Positions 1 to 12,900 of a DNA stretch of 36,318 nucleotides are shown piece after piece. The stretch comes from Rhizaria sp. SCN 62-66 (Eukaryota). The first letter of the stretch is position 1; each line of letters opens with the position of its first letter. The DNA is taken from NCBI GenBank assembly GCA_001724265.1, contig MEDY01000313.1, positions 1-36,318 on the forward strand. The letters are read 5' to 3'. Both the position numbers and the translations under genes were made by a program. Under the pieces are notes generated by a model. That model was not told where the DNA came from and did not search any database. It was given only the letters and a program-made list of their open reading frames with translations.

Positions 1-1
1 C

Positions 2-148
2 TTCAAGCAGTGCAACTCCTTCCTCTGGCCCTTCAAGCTCAACACCCCCACCGGTGGCTGGGTCTCCAAGAAGACCGGCTTCAACGAGGGCGGCGATGCT
101 GGCGACCGCAAGTCCTACATCAACAACCTCGTCCGCAAGATGTGCTAA
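2..148 (+). CDS. RPL7: 60S ribosomal protein L7 (uL30), C-terminal 48 aa; 5' part lies outside the window
   Basis: Frame from base 2 reads FKQCNSFLWPFKLNTPTGGWVSKKTGFNEGGDAGDRKSYINNLVRKMC then TAA at 146-148. This matches the conserved eukaryotic L7 C-terminus (FLWPFKL...EGGDAG.R...IN.L.R.M). Strong C-ending codon bias. Not in the supplied ORF track. Confidence 0.95.
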   Translation, partial: FKQCNSFLWPFKLNTPTGGWVSKKTGFNEGGDAGDRKSYINNLVRKMC

Positions 149-166
149 GTTGTTGATTGATCGTTC

Positions 167-195
167 TTCACAGGCGCAACCACGCGTCGTGTGAA
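167..195 (+). other. Small hairpin in the RPL7 3' UTR
   Basis: TTCACA(167-172)-GGCGC / loop AACCAC / GCGTC-G-TGTGAA(190-195): 11 bp with one G-U pair and one bulge. Confidence 0.3.
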
Positions 196-718
196 ACAAC
201 TTTCACTCAGTGTTGGGGCTGTAGAATGATGTCATCGTTGTTCCCCTGGGACTACAATGCACTTTGATGAAACCGTTTCAATACACAATACAAACACAGT
301 GACAATCAAATCTTCCCACCTCTTCTTGGCCGTCATGCCGACAGAAGGCTCTCACATTCAAACATCTACCGGGACAATGCTGCGATAGTCCGACGTGTAT
401 TTTAATAATATTGTGGGTTACATAGTATTCTACACAAAGCCATTTTGAACTCCGCATATTGTGCCGCTATAAGAGCTGTTAGTGCTCGCTTTTACAACGC
501 TCCGGACTCCCGACTCGCAACGTTTCGTGTTCATCAGAAGCTTTACGCTCTACGGCTTCTGATTCATCATTCGTCTTTAGCTTTTGTGTTCACCTTGGTA
601 ACTGCACGGTTGGCAATTGTTTGTTATAGTTGCGCTCGTTTTCCTTATCTTCTAGCACTCTGTCTGTCTAAGCACATCAGCTCACTTGTCGATTGCAAGG
701 CACCTCCGACGTTTTTCA

Positions 719-748
719 TTCAGATAAACTACTTTCAGATAAACTACT
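719..748. repeat. Perfect 15-bp tandem duplication
   Basis: TTCAGATAAACTACT at 719-733 and 734-748. Confidence 0.85.
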
Positions 749-1118
749 GGCAATATTGATTTTGTTTATTTGACAAGCCCAAGGTAAACTGAAACGCGTG
801 TATTGATGTGAAAATATAAAAGTATAGATAACTTAACGTGCATATAAAACAGTGTGTTACGTGGAACACATGAGTGGAGGTCGACAAGAGAGAAAAGTGG
901 CACTCGAATAAAAGAGAAAATACAACTCGAGACTACAACACGAAAAGCTCAACCCGCTGTATCCACTGTTATCTTGATTTGTTCGCAATAATTGGTGCTG
1001 ATTTCAGCTTTGTGTCACAAGGTGTATGTACAAGTTCCCGACGTCGTAAGGCGTGGCCGCCGTATCTGATGAGACACGACGTCATGATTTGCTCTCGTTT
1101 ATGGAGAAACAAACAGAC

Positions 1119-4100
1119 TTAACGCATCTTCTTCGCACCGTTCATCGCGTTCTTCCCCCCCGTTTTGGCGTTGCTAGACGCCTTCGCGCCTGTACTCACG
1201 CCCGGCCCCCCGCTTTCTCTGCCGCCACTGGCACCTGCACTCGCAGCCGCGCCGCCGCTCCCGCTCGCGCCCGCGCCGCCGCCCGCGTTGTGCTCGCTGG
1301 CTTCAGCGCGCGCCCGCCTGTACTTGTCGAGCAGCGCCTGCTCCCAGGGCGCCAGCGTCGCGGCGGGCACCTGCACGCCCAGCACCGTCTCGCAGCCGTG
1401 CTCTGGCGGCGCGATGCCGCGCAGATCGGGCCACAGCAGCGCGAGCTGCAGCAGGCGGACCAGGTCGCTGTTGTCCCAGCGCTGCATCATCTCGACCAGC
1501 TCCATAGGCGTGATGTACACGTGGTGCGGGTCCGGCGCCGTGAGTCGCATCATCGTCACCCACGCGCCGACGCCCGGGGCGTGCAGCAGGCGCTCGCACT
1601 TGGACACGAATGGGTCCGGGACTGGACCAGCGTTCGCGGCGGCGGCGGCCGCGGCGGCCGCAGCGGCGGCGGCAGTGGCGGAGTTGCCGCGCTTGTTGCC
1701 GCCGCTGTGTGAGCCCGCGCTGTTGCCGCCGCGTGAGTGAGCGCCGCTCGCGCTTGTACTATTCGCGCCGCCGGAGATGGAGCTGGTGGCGAGCTCCTGC
1801 GCCGTGGGGATCGGGCCGCAGCCACAGAGCCTGAGCGGGCCGCTGGTGGTCCAGTAACTCGTCAGCGCAGCGGCCTCGGCCGCGGGGGCGTCTGTGAAGC
1901 CGAGCCCGGTGCGGCCGTGGGACAGAGTGATAGTCAAAGCGCCGAGAGCGGCGAGAGAAGCGGAGACGGCGTCCTGGGGCTCGTCGTTGGACCCCTTGGA
2001 CTTGTTGCGGAGGTACTTAGACGCCGCCTTGGCGTCGCGACGATCGTTCGCGTCGCCACTGTCGTCGTCTCTACCGTCCTCGTCATCGTCGTCGTCATCA
2101 GCGTCGTCATCGTCCTCATCGTCGTCGTCGTCGTCTTCGTCGACCTGGTCATCGCCGATCATGACCTCGCCGCTGGCAATGCGGCGCGCCTTGGCCTCTC
2201 GCGCCGCCTGCCGCTTGGCCTTCGCCTCGGCCTTGGCGCGGCGCTGCGCCAGCTCGAACGAGCCGTACTGCTTGACGTCAACGCCGACCGCGGCGAGCTG
2301 GTCTGCGGCTTTGCGCAGCCGCGTGACCTCCTCCGCGACGAGGCCGGCGCCAGGCAGCGCGGGGCGCAGCGCCGCGAGCTTACCGCGGAGGAACTCGACG
2401 AGCATCGTGTAGTCGTTGGGCAACTGCTTGTGCAGTCCCAGCAAGAGGCCGCTGAAGATGTCCTGCACCGACAGCACGCCGTCTTCGTCGATATCGAGCA
2501 CGTGGTACAGCAGCAGCGCGCGCGCGGCCGAGGCATCGGCCAGCGTGATCGTCGCCGCCAGCGCGTGGTCCTTGACGTCGATATGCGATAGCTGCGACGG
2601 CACGAGCACGCGGAACAACTTGTCGCCGATGAACGGCAGCGAGGGGTCAAGGCCGGCGAGCAGCAGACGCTGCTTGAAGCGGCCGCGCGTGACGCGCGAG
2701 CTGCCGTGCATCGACGCCAGAAAGGCCTTCTTGAGGAACTTCTTCTCAGCGTGGCGCAGGTCAAACGCGTCCGAACTGGCAACGGCGGCCGTGCAGCGGT
2801 GGTGCAGGTCGCCGAGCATGCGCGTGGCAGTGGCCGAGGAGATGCTCAGTGCGGCTTCGGCGCCGCCCAGCTTGTGCGCCGAGCTCGCCGCGCGGTGCAC
2901 GAACGCCGGCGCGGGGATCGACCGGGGCAGCACGGAGCCGAAGCCGCTGCTCACTGTTGCCGTCGTCGTCGTCACCGCGGCCGTAGTCGCCGCGGCGCTG
3001 GTGCTCGAGCTGGAGCTGGCGCCGTTAGCGCTGCTCGCGTTGTTGGTGTTATTGCTAGAATTGTTTCCGTTGGTGGTGTTACTCGTAGGCTGCGCAGAAG
3101 GCAGCGGCACAGTCAGGGGAACTAACGGGGCGCCAGCGGCAGTCTTGGCCAAAGGCGCGCCGGCAGCAGTGGCGGCGGCGACGGCGGCGGCTGCAGCAGC
3201 GGCCGCAGAGGCAGCAGCGGCAGCGGCGGCGACAGCGGAAGCAGAGGCGTTGGTCTTGGCAACAGTATCAGTCGTGCTCGCCGCAGCACTCGCAGGCGCA
3301 GTCTTGGTCGCAGCGGCAGTCGCGCCCTTGCTCTTGGCATTAGCAGCGTTAACATTAGTACTCGCAGTCGCATCAGTCTTGGCGGTGTGAGCGCCCTCGG
3401 TAGCTCTGTCGCTCACGCTGTTGTTGGCTCTGCTGCCATCCGTGGCGGCCGCGGCAGCGGCGGCGGCCGCGGCGGCGCCAGCAGCAACCGCAGCCGCTGC
3501 AGCGGCCGCAGCGGCCTGTGCCACGGCCGCGGCCGCCGCGCCCGCCTGGGCCGGCGTGTGGCCGGCCCGCTCACTGGCGCTCGAGGCGACGCTCGCGCTG
3601 GAGCCGGAGCCAGCGCCGGAGCCGGAGCCAGTGGCGGTGGCGGCTGTTGTTGAAACTGCGGCGGCCGCGAGCGAGTTGCCGGGCAGGTCAAGCGCGGCGA
3701 GCGCAGTAGTGAGGTCGGCCATCGAGGCCGCGGGAACCAGAGGAAGGCCGCCGAGGCCTGCGACAATGACGCCGCTGGTTGACGCAAAGCTGTTCCCACC
3801 GTTGGCGCCGGCGCCTGCGCTCGGGTGGGCGCTGGAGCTGAAGCTAGAAAGCGTGCTGCCAGGCGTGAGCGAGTGCGAGATGGCGTGGAGCGCGGTGGCC
3901 AGACCGCCCGTCAGGCTCGCGTTCGCGCGCGCAAAGGCGTCCTGGTAGGGGATGAACGCGCCCGCGGGGGCGACAACGACGGAGCCGGCGGATGAGCCCG
4001 CGCTGCTGGCGGCCGCCGTGTACAGGGGGTTCGTGTTGTTGGCGCGGGGGCGGTCGCGGGCCACGGCCAGGGGCGCGGCGACGGTGCCTAGACCGCCGCC

Positions 4101-7100
4101 AACCTGATTGAAGGAAGCAAGAGCGAAAACAAAGAAAGAGATATAGATGAGTTATACCACAATAAATCCATAGATTCTTTGTGAATATCATTTATACAGT
4201 AATAATACACCTTATAAAGTCCATATCATAGAGATATATCTGCTTTAGTAAAAACTTACCTGAGACCAAGCGGCGCCGAGCGAGGCAGTCAGCGGCACCG
4301 AGGTGCTGTGCGCCGCCACAGGGCGGCCGCGGGGCCGGCGCTTGGCACTGCCGCCGGCACCACCGGCCGCGCTCGAGCTAGCGCCGCCACTGCCGGGCTG
4401 CGAGGGGCGAGCGCGGGGCCGGTTGGGGTTGAGGGCAAACGTGTGGCTCGAGCCCGAGCTCGAGCTCGACGAGACAGCGACGGCCTGACCGAGAGTCATG
4501 GGGACGGCGGTGTTGGTATTGCTGTTGGTATCAACATCGGCCTCGTCGTCTTCGTCATCGTCGTTGCCGTCGTTGTTCCCGCTACCGGTCTCAGAGAATA
4601 TAACGGAGTCATCGTCGTCGCTGGCGCTGTAGTAGTCATCCTCGTCCTCGTCCTCGTCTTCGTCAGCGTCTTCGTCGTCATTAGCAGCCTTCTTCCTGCC
4701 CTTGCCGCTCTTGCCGCCCCTGCCGTTGCTCTTCCCCTTGCCGCCACCCACGGGCAGCACAAGGTAGCCCGTGGCCGCCAGCGACGCCTGCTTCGCCTTG
4801 GCCGCCGCGGCTTCTGCCGCCGCCGCCGTGGCTGCCGCCGTCACCGCGTCGCCCGTGCCCGCCGTTGCGGCCGCGGAGGCCGCAGCGGCCAGCGCGGCGG
4901 CAGCCGCGGCGGCAGCCGCGGCGTTGGCGGCGGCGCGCGTCGCAGTCATGGGCTCGGAGTGCAACAGCGCTGACGACGACGAGGACGCAAGCATGTTGCC
5001 AGACTTGCCACCGTTCTTGCCCTTGCCTGCCTGTTGCTGCTGTTGCTGCTGCTGGCCCTGCTGATGTTGCTGCGCCTGTTGCTGTTGTTGCTGCTGTTGT
5101 TGCTTCGTCAACGGCTGCTGCGAGTACATTGCGGGCAGCCGTAGCGCGCTCGTGACCGGAATGCCGGCCGCGGCCGTGTCTTCGGACACCATAAAGTACT
5201 TCTGCGCGTACACCGCCGGCGCGGCGAGCTGCTGCTGCTGTTGTTGCTGCTGTTGCTGCAGCAGCAGCTGTCCCAGCCCGCCGCCCGAGCCGCTTGAGTC
5301 GTTGTTGTTGTACTGGTTGTCGTCGTTGTTCGCGCTGTTGCTGGCGTTGTTGGAGCCGCTATTGGCGCTGCGCGCGGCGGCGCTGGCGTCGACGGTCTGC
5401 TTGAACCCCGCAAGCCGGCGGTGCCACTGGCTCTGCCACGCGTTGAGCGATGCCGCCTCGCGCTCCTCGAGCGCGTCCGTCGACCACAGATGGCGCTGCA
5501 TCGCCGCGCGCGCGCTCACGGTGTTGCCGCCGCTGAGGCCGCCGCCGCCGCTGCCGCCGCCGACGCCGACACCAGAGCCGGAGCCGGAGCCGCCGAGGCC
5601 GCCGCTGATGCCGCCCGAGGAGCTGCTGCCGAGCCGGCCGGTGCCCGCGCCAGCGCCAGCAGTGCCTGCCATACTACCGGCACCAGCGTTGGCGCAGTTG
5701 GCATTGCTGCCGCTATTGGCGCCACCGGAGGAGGACGAGAAATGCGACGGAAGCAAAGAAGCAACGCGGTGGCTGCCGCGACTACTGACGCTGCCGCTGC
5801 CGCCGACGCCGCTGCCGCCGCCGCCGCCGCCCGCGCTGGCGCCTCGGCCGGCCGCGCCAGCACCCCCGACGCCACTGCCTCCAGCGCCAGCGCCGCCGCC
5901 GCCCGCGCCGCCGCCACCGCCGCCGCCGAGGCCGCCGAGGGGGGCCGCGACCGCGGTGCCGTCGTCTGCGGGGTCGAAGATGCTGGCGTAGGCGGCCACG
6001 GCCGTGGGGTGCGAGCTGAACTGGTCAAACACGCCGTCCGCGGGCGGCTGCGCCGAGGAGCGCGTGGTAACCACGGCGCCCCCGCTGCGCATCGTCACCA
6101 GCACCGAGCCGTCGGGGCCGCGCGCAACGGTGCCCGCGCCGGAGGCGGCTCCAGTGGAAGCGCCGCCGCCGCCGCCGCCGCCGCCCTTGGCGCCCGCCCC
6201 TGCGGCGACAGGGTGGCCGGCAGCGGCGCTGGCGCTGCTGCTGTTGCTGCTGCCTCGAGTGCGCGAGCGCGCCGCCAGCAGCATGGGCGTGAGAGCCGCG
6301 ACGGCCGACTCAAAGCTAAGCCGCACCACGAGCAGGTGCTTCATGCGCGCGAACGCGGGCTCGACCCAGAGCCAGGAGCCCGCGCCGCCGCCGCTGGCGT
6401 TCGCGTTGGCCGCGGCGGCGCTGCTGCTGCTGCTCGAGCCGGAGTAGCCGCCCGTTCCGCCACCGCCGCCGCCGCCACTGCCGCTGAGGTAGTTCGCTGG
6501 GGGCAGCCCGCTGGAGCTGCTGCTGCCGCCGTTGATGCCGCTGTTGCCGCTGAGCGCGCCGGTGATGTTATTGCCGACGGCGGCGCTGCCGTAGTAGCCG
6601 CTGCCCGCGCCGCCGGCCCCGCCCGCGCCCGCGCCCGCGCCGCCGACGCCCACGCCGCCCGCGCCCGCGCCCAGCCCGGCCCCAGCCCAGTCGCCGAGCC
6701 CGCTGCCGCCGCCGCCGCCGCCGCCACCGCCGCCGCCGCCGAGGCCGAGCCCGCCGAGGCCGCTGGGACCGGCGCTCGTGCCCGCGCCCGCGCCCGCGAA
6801 GCCCGCGGCGGCGGTGGCGGGGCCGTAGAGCGCGGCGTAGCCGTATCCGCCAGTGACCGCGGCGGGCAGCAGCACCGACACAGAAGGGTCAGCGCCGCCG
6901 AAGCCGAGCATGCGCGTGCCCGCCAGCACGCCCACACCGCCGGGCCCGATGCTGGCGCCGAGTGAGGCCGCCTCGATGCGGCCCGCGTTGCCGCCGCCGC
7001 TGGCGTGCAGAGCGGCGGCCGCAGCGGCCGCGGCGGCGGAGGCGGAGCCGCCCGCGCCGCCGCCGGCGTTGGCCAGGGCCAGCGCGCTGGCGGCGGCGGC

Positions 7101-8533
7101 CGCAGCGGCGGCGGGCTGCTGCTGCGCGTGCGCCGCGCCCGCGCCCAAGCCCGCGGGGTTATAGGGGTTGTTTGGGTTGCCGTGGAGCTGGTCTGCGATC
7201 ACCGCGATGCCGCCGCCGCCGCCCGCGCGCGCGCCTGTGGCCGCGGCGGCGCCCGCGCCGGCGGCGCCGGCCCCGGTGGCAGCGCCTGTGCCTGTAACGG
7301 CGCCGCCGGGAGTGAGGCCACCCGCGCCGATGACGCCGCCGCCGACGCTCGAGGCCGAGGCGGAGGCGTCGAGGCGCAGTGACTCCGTTGGGAGGCGGTT
7401 GAGGTGGTCGACGAGCGAGAAGCCGTGCTTCTGCCAGCGCGCCTGCACGGCGCCGAACTCGCGCCACTCGGCGTGTCCCCAAGAGTGCCAGTTGCTCAGC
7501 GGCGGCAGGCGCTCGGCGGCCAGAGTCAGCGCACGGTGCAGCGCCTTGGTGCGCGCGCGCGACTCGCGGTTGCCCTGGCCACCGCCGCCGCCACCGCCGC
7601 CGGTAGACGAGGAGGACGACGCGGAGGCAGTAGCGGAGACGCCTGTAGAGGCCTGTGAAAGCTGAGGCGCGGCGAAAATAAAGCGGAGGGTATCCTTCCA
7701 GCCTTGCCTGATAACTCAAAAAACAGATTTAAAAAGAGAATATGCATCGGAACATGAGAGGAAAATATGACGACGGTTTACAATTAAGTCAAATGTCCCT
7801 ACTTTAACGTAGATCTACAGCTTGAAATAAAAATACAGACAGAGTTGGGACTATCTATACTCTTAGCAGTGTGATTTGTTTCAGGCTCAGAGACAAAGAC
7901 GCACCTCGAGAGCGCGTCGGCGCGCGCGACGCGTTCCTGCGTGTTGGGCACGCGCATGTCCTCGAGCAGCCCGCGCACGCCAGCGGGCAGGTCGTCGTGC
8001 GCGCGCGCGCACTCGGTGTATGCGTAGCGCGAGACGTTGAGCGCGCGGGGCGGGATGTGGTACGCGTGGTGCGGCTGTGGCTGCAGGCTCAGGAGCTGCT
8101 GCTGCTGCTGGTACGACTGGTGCAACGGGAGCGCGTAGCCGCCGCCCGCGCCGGCGCTGTTAGACGAAGAGGGTGGACGCTGGTAGTAAGAGGCATTCGA
8201 ACCAGACGAGCCAGAGCCTGAGCTAGAGCTTGCGTTACTGCTGCCGAACGATGACGGGGCGACGATGCTGGGGGGCTGTCCGGGGCTTGACGCGCCGGCA
8301 ACGGAGGGCAGCATAGTGGGAAGACCGCCGCTCGCGCCCGCTGAGCCAGAGCCGGCTGAGCCTGCGCCGGAGCCAGAGCCAGAGACTGAGGCGGAGGCGG
8401 GGCCGGGGCTGGAAAGAGGAGTGGAGCCAGTGCCTGAGAACGAGGCTGAGGCGCCGGCGCGGGCGAGAGCGTCGCTGCGGCGCGGGCCAGGGCCAACGCC
8501 GCCGCTGCTGCTGGTGGTCACGCTGGCACTCAT
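1119..8533 (-). CDS. Large (~2353 aa) low-complexity protein with a calcineurin-B/neuronal-calcium-sensor-like EF-hand region; 3 exons
   Basis: Exons 8533-7905, 7707-4260, 4103-1119. Introns 7904-7708 (GTGCGT...TTATCAG, phase 2) and 4259-4104 (GTAAGT...AATCAG, phase 0) join ORFs 7799..8635, 4245..7448 and 1119..4064 in frame (7062 nt, TAA stop). Poly-Ala/Gly/Gln/Asp/Asn tracts separate globular-looking islands, including LPFIGDKLFRVL...IDVKDH...LLYHVLDIDEDGVLSVQDIF. The ATG at 8533 is inferred. Confidence 0.8.
2460..2495 (-). other. EF-hand Ca2+-binding loop DIDEDGVLSVQD
   Basis: 12-residue loop with D1, D3, D5, G6, hydrophobic 8, S9, D12. It follows the helix ALLLYHVL, which resembles the (F/Y)xxYDxDxDG context of calcineurin B/recoverin EF3. 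Confidence 0.65.
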
Positions 8534-9983
8534 CGTGCGGGGGCGCTGCGGCTCGGTGACGCGAAGGTGCAACGGAGGGAGTGACTGCGATTGTTCTGCT
8601 GTGTGAACTGGCTTAAGAAAGTGCTGTAGTGGCACATGAAATAAATTTCAAACAAAGTCATAAAGGTGAGCAAACAATGTGTGTGTGTTTTCTATGAATT
8701 TTAGTGTGGCATCTGCGTTGACGGAACTCTGGTCGTGTACGATTAGAAGTTAGATGTAACCGTTTTTCCTTGCTGGATCGACTACCATTGTCGGTAAGGT
8801 ACCGAGTCGGTCGACTGTGGTCATCGAAAACCGCGTGTGATAAGATCTGACATCAGATATTGCGGTATATAATATCCTCCCTTTAGTATAAGCTTGTGAT
8901 ATTGCATATACAAAGTACGAATTTACTTAAAGCAAGACGTTATAACTACGAAATCCTTATTTATCATGCGATATGCGGTAGGATATTGAGCTCTTTGTTT
9001 TCAAGTTAGGCATGATGCACTTATGAAGAAGCCAAACGAAGCATTCGAATCCATACAAAAATGTATAGTATATGTGTTATGTGCATATCGATGTCCTAAA
9101 TCTGCAAATTTTTTCGGATCTGCAATAATCGTATTGCTGCATAGGACGGAGAGCCATGCAGAGAAGCTTGCATGACAGCAATATCAAGTTCTCGGGTTAA
9201 CTTCTAGTCTCACATGGCCTCGTCCGACAAGGGCTCGCCATAGTCATCGTCTAATTCGTCAATTGATAATGTGGCGATAACATGCTCGTCGTCGGAGCAC
9301 ACTCATCTTCATAGTAGTCCTCGAAGTCATCCTCAAAAGCTTGATCGTCGTTGTCGCCGTCGTCGTCGTCGGACACGCCGCACTCGCCGTGTCCGCCGTG
9401 TAGGCACCTACGGTTACAACAAAAACTTATGCCTTGCCCTGGCCTTCAGACGGTATAATGCAGTCAAACTTCTCATCAACTTCAGTCTGTTACTCATCTA
9501 ACCTACTGCAGAGGCTTTGAGAGATGCGTCGCGTATCCTGGGTGCAGACTCGCAAAGCTAAAGTGAACGTATAACCTAATGTAGACCCAGTGCAACTGCC
9601 ACGCTTTGTTCGGTGGCTCAAAATCACTGTTACGTTAGTCCCTCGCGTTGCTGTACACCTTGGCTGAAGCAATGTTCTGTTTCTTCGTCCGCTCGGACCA
9701 AGGCAGTGAACACTCCTCATGGGCGAAGCAATATTTCCTAGAGTGAATACGGTATTATTTGAGCGTGTACTGTTCTGTAAATTGGATTTTCTTGGCCTTT
9801 TTGTTGGAAAATATAAGTTGTTCGAATAATCACCCGGAATATTGTTTCAAATGTTCCATATTCTGTTCCTCAATGTCGCCATGAACAGACACCACAAGCC
9901 TCCCCTGCTCTAGCTTTGCACTGCTTCTCACACCCTTAGCTTGCCTTCATACGCCTCACGATCGACCCCATAGGTGGCTTTTG
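8534..9983. promoter_or_regulatory. AT-rich divergent intergenic region; probably holds the promoters of the EF-hand gene and the metalloprotease gene
   Basis: Lies between two head-to-head start codons. No specific promoter motif identified. Confidence 0.35.
9210..9410 (-). pseudogene. Possible decayed coding remnant (acidic peptide with a frameshift)
   Basis: Minus strand reads LHGGHGECGVSDDDDGDNDDQAFEDDFEDYYEDEC and, after a frameshift near 9298, SDDEHVIATLSIDELDDDYGEPLSDEAM-TGA. GAC/GAG-rich coding-like island in otherwise AT-rich DNA; upstream frames contain stops. Confidence 0.3.
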
Positions 9984-12900
9984 ATGCGCGCTCCCGTGCA
10001 TCTTGGCCGCTCCCGCTCGCAGCCGTCGGCGCTGCGACTGGTGATGTATCTGCTGGCAGCGGCCGCAACGGTGGTAGCGATAGCTCCCACCCTTGCTTCG
10101 GCCGCTCCCGCGCCTTACGACGCGAACACTTCACACAAGCAGGGGCCCACCTCGAGTCCCCTTACGACGGTTGAGGCCGTCACGCGGCTATTTCTCCGCA
10201 GCGCTCCGGCCTCTGCGCGTCACAACCGCGACAACAGTGCCGGTGCCGTTAGCGATACCGACAACGACGGATTCTTCCCCCAATCCGTATTTTCCCATTC
10301 AGACGCTTCGATGCACGCCCTGGGCGCCAACATCGAGCTTGGCTTCGAGGCTTTTGGCTCACAGTATGCGTTCAACATGACTCTGATGCCCTCCGTGCTC
10401 GCTGCGGACGCGCTCGTCGTCGACGGCGTCCCGCAGAAGGTGCAGGAAACACCCTCGTATATGTACGTCAATAACAAATATGCATATGTACTTAGCCACG
10501 TAAAGGTGTGACATTGAGTAATAATGTCAAACTCTATTTAATCTTCTTTCCGTAATACTCTTGCTCTTCGTTTTCTTTGCGTCATCGCCTTATTTTTGCT
10601 AATGATTCTCTCTGTGATCACTTGCATTTGTGTTGTCACTCCTGTTCAGGTCTCGTTTCACTGATTCGAACGGCAACACCGGCTTCGCCGTCGCCACGAT
10701 TGACCCCACCACGAACACTGTCTACTCCGGTTTGATCCACGAAAACGGCGAGCTGGTCCACTTCCAGCGCGCCAGCACGCTCGCCGACACGATCGGCAGC
10801 TTTCGGGCGCAAACTCTTACTGAGGCCTCGCTCGCCGCCGCCGGCTCCGGGCTCGCCGTGCACCGCGTGAGCGACATGAAGCTCTTCGGCGACGACGGCG
10901 AGCCGCTGCTCAAGTGCGGCACGCTCACGCCGCCGCAAAGCAACCCCAACGCCCCCGCGTACAGCGCCGACGACGATGTGAGTTCTGACTCTGGTTCCGC
11001 GACGGCGGGCAGTGTCAGCGAGGCCGATGTCGGCGCGGCGGCGATGGCGCTGAAAAATAAGCTGCTTCGCTCGCTCGTGACCGCGGCCGCCAGCGAAAGC
11101 GCCGGTGGTGACAGTGGTGACAACGATGGTAAGATCGACTACCACGTCCCGCACGTACCCTTCGCCTCGACACTGTCGAACTCTGACAGCGACAACGGCG
11201 CCAGCGACGAGAACAGCGGCAACCGCAAGCTCCTGCTGAAGAAGTGGACCAACTGCTTCTCTGGCGGCCCCTACAAGCTCCGGTCTTTGCTCGCGGTCGA
11301 CGTTGGCACTTACGCCGCTCTCGGCAGCACCACATCGGCCGTGTCCACGGCAATGAGCGCTATGTACGCGCTCGTCAACACTGTATACTACCCGCAGCTG
11401 GACCTGTACGTAACGATCGACACGCTTCTGGTGCGGACAACGACGGGCACCGAGGCGTGGAACCATCTGGCCAAGACGACCAGCGGAACCACGTGTCCGT
11501 CGAGCGTGAGCACGCTGCTCGATCAGTTCACGGCGTGGAAGAACGCCAACTACCTGAACGACTTCGGCTTCGCACACCTTATGACGTCGTGCTTCCCCCC
11601 GCCCGGCACGGTCGGACTGGCCTATGTGGGTACCATTGGCTCCAAGAGCTACAGCACCGGGTGGAGCCAGCAGATGGGCGGCACCACGTGGCTCACTTTC
11701 GCCCACGAGGTTGGGCACAACCTCGGTGCGCAGCACACATTCAGCCAGGGACAGGGCACCACGGGTACGTCACTCAGGTTCAAACTGAAGGAACAAGGAA
11801 CAAATATCAATGCCACATCCACAATTTTTTTCAATTGCATGTTTATGACTCTAACTTTTTATTTTTAAACGTTATTTGTCGGTGCACGGTATATCCGCGT
11901 CAAATGTAGGTGGCATCATGGACTACGGCAACGGCCGGCTGCTGGCCACCGACTCCGACAACCCGAACGAGTACGGCTTCCACACGACGTTCAGCAAGAC
12001 CGAGATGTGCACGGCCATTTCGCGCTCTATCTCCGGCACCACCAGCGGCCTCGTATCCCCGCTGACCAAGGCGTGGGTAGCCTTCACGCCGATGTGCGGC
12101 GACGGCATCGTCGACGCCGCGCTTGGCGAGGAGTGCGACCCCGGGACTCCGGGCGTGGCGTCAGCGTGCTGCACCGCGCAGTGCAAGTTCACCACGGGCT
12201 CCACCTGCGACGGCGCCAGCGCGTGCTGCGTCAGCTGCAAGATGCAGCCCGTGGCCACGCCCTGCACGTCCAACGGCGCCACGGGCCGCTGCGGCGCTGG
12301 CGGCGTGTGCACCGCCAGCTCCTGCGGCTACTACTCCAACACTGTCTTCTGTGACATGAGTCCCAGCAACGCGTGCAGCGAGCGGTGCGCCTTTACGGGC
12401 TCCACCACCTGCAACGTGCTCAACTCGAACTTCAACCGTACCAACGGCGATCTCTGCCAGCTCGGCACCGCCACAGGTATGTAAACGCTCCTCTTTTTTT
12501 TGCGTCTTCATCATTGACGTTTTTTGTTTAACTTATTACATGTGCCTCATTACTATCTTTGCCCAATGTATTTTCTTGTTTTTGCTGTCGTTTAGGCGTG
12601 TGTTCGGGCGGCGCGTGCGTCGCGCAGACCTACACTGCGAGCAACGTCACGGAGTGGTCCTCCTGCCAATGCCCCGCCTCCGTCATGACGCGCTCCTTGA
12701 CCTGCCGCAATCAGGTCGGCTCGGTCGTCGCGCAGTCATACTGCGCGTCTGCGACGCCTATTTCGCAGGCGTGCTCGTGCACGACGGCGACGTGGTACGC
12801 GGGCGCGTGGTCCGCATGCACGGGCACGAGCTGCGCCGCGGGCGCGGGCACGCAGACGCGCACAATCGAGTGCCGCGACAGCAACGGCGCCGCCACCACG

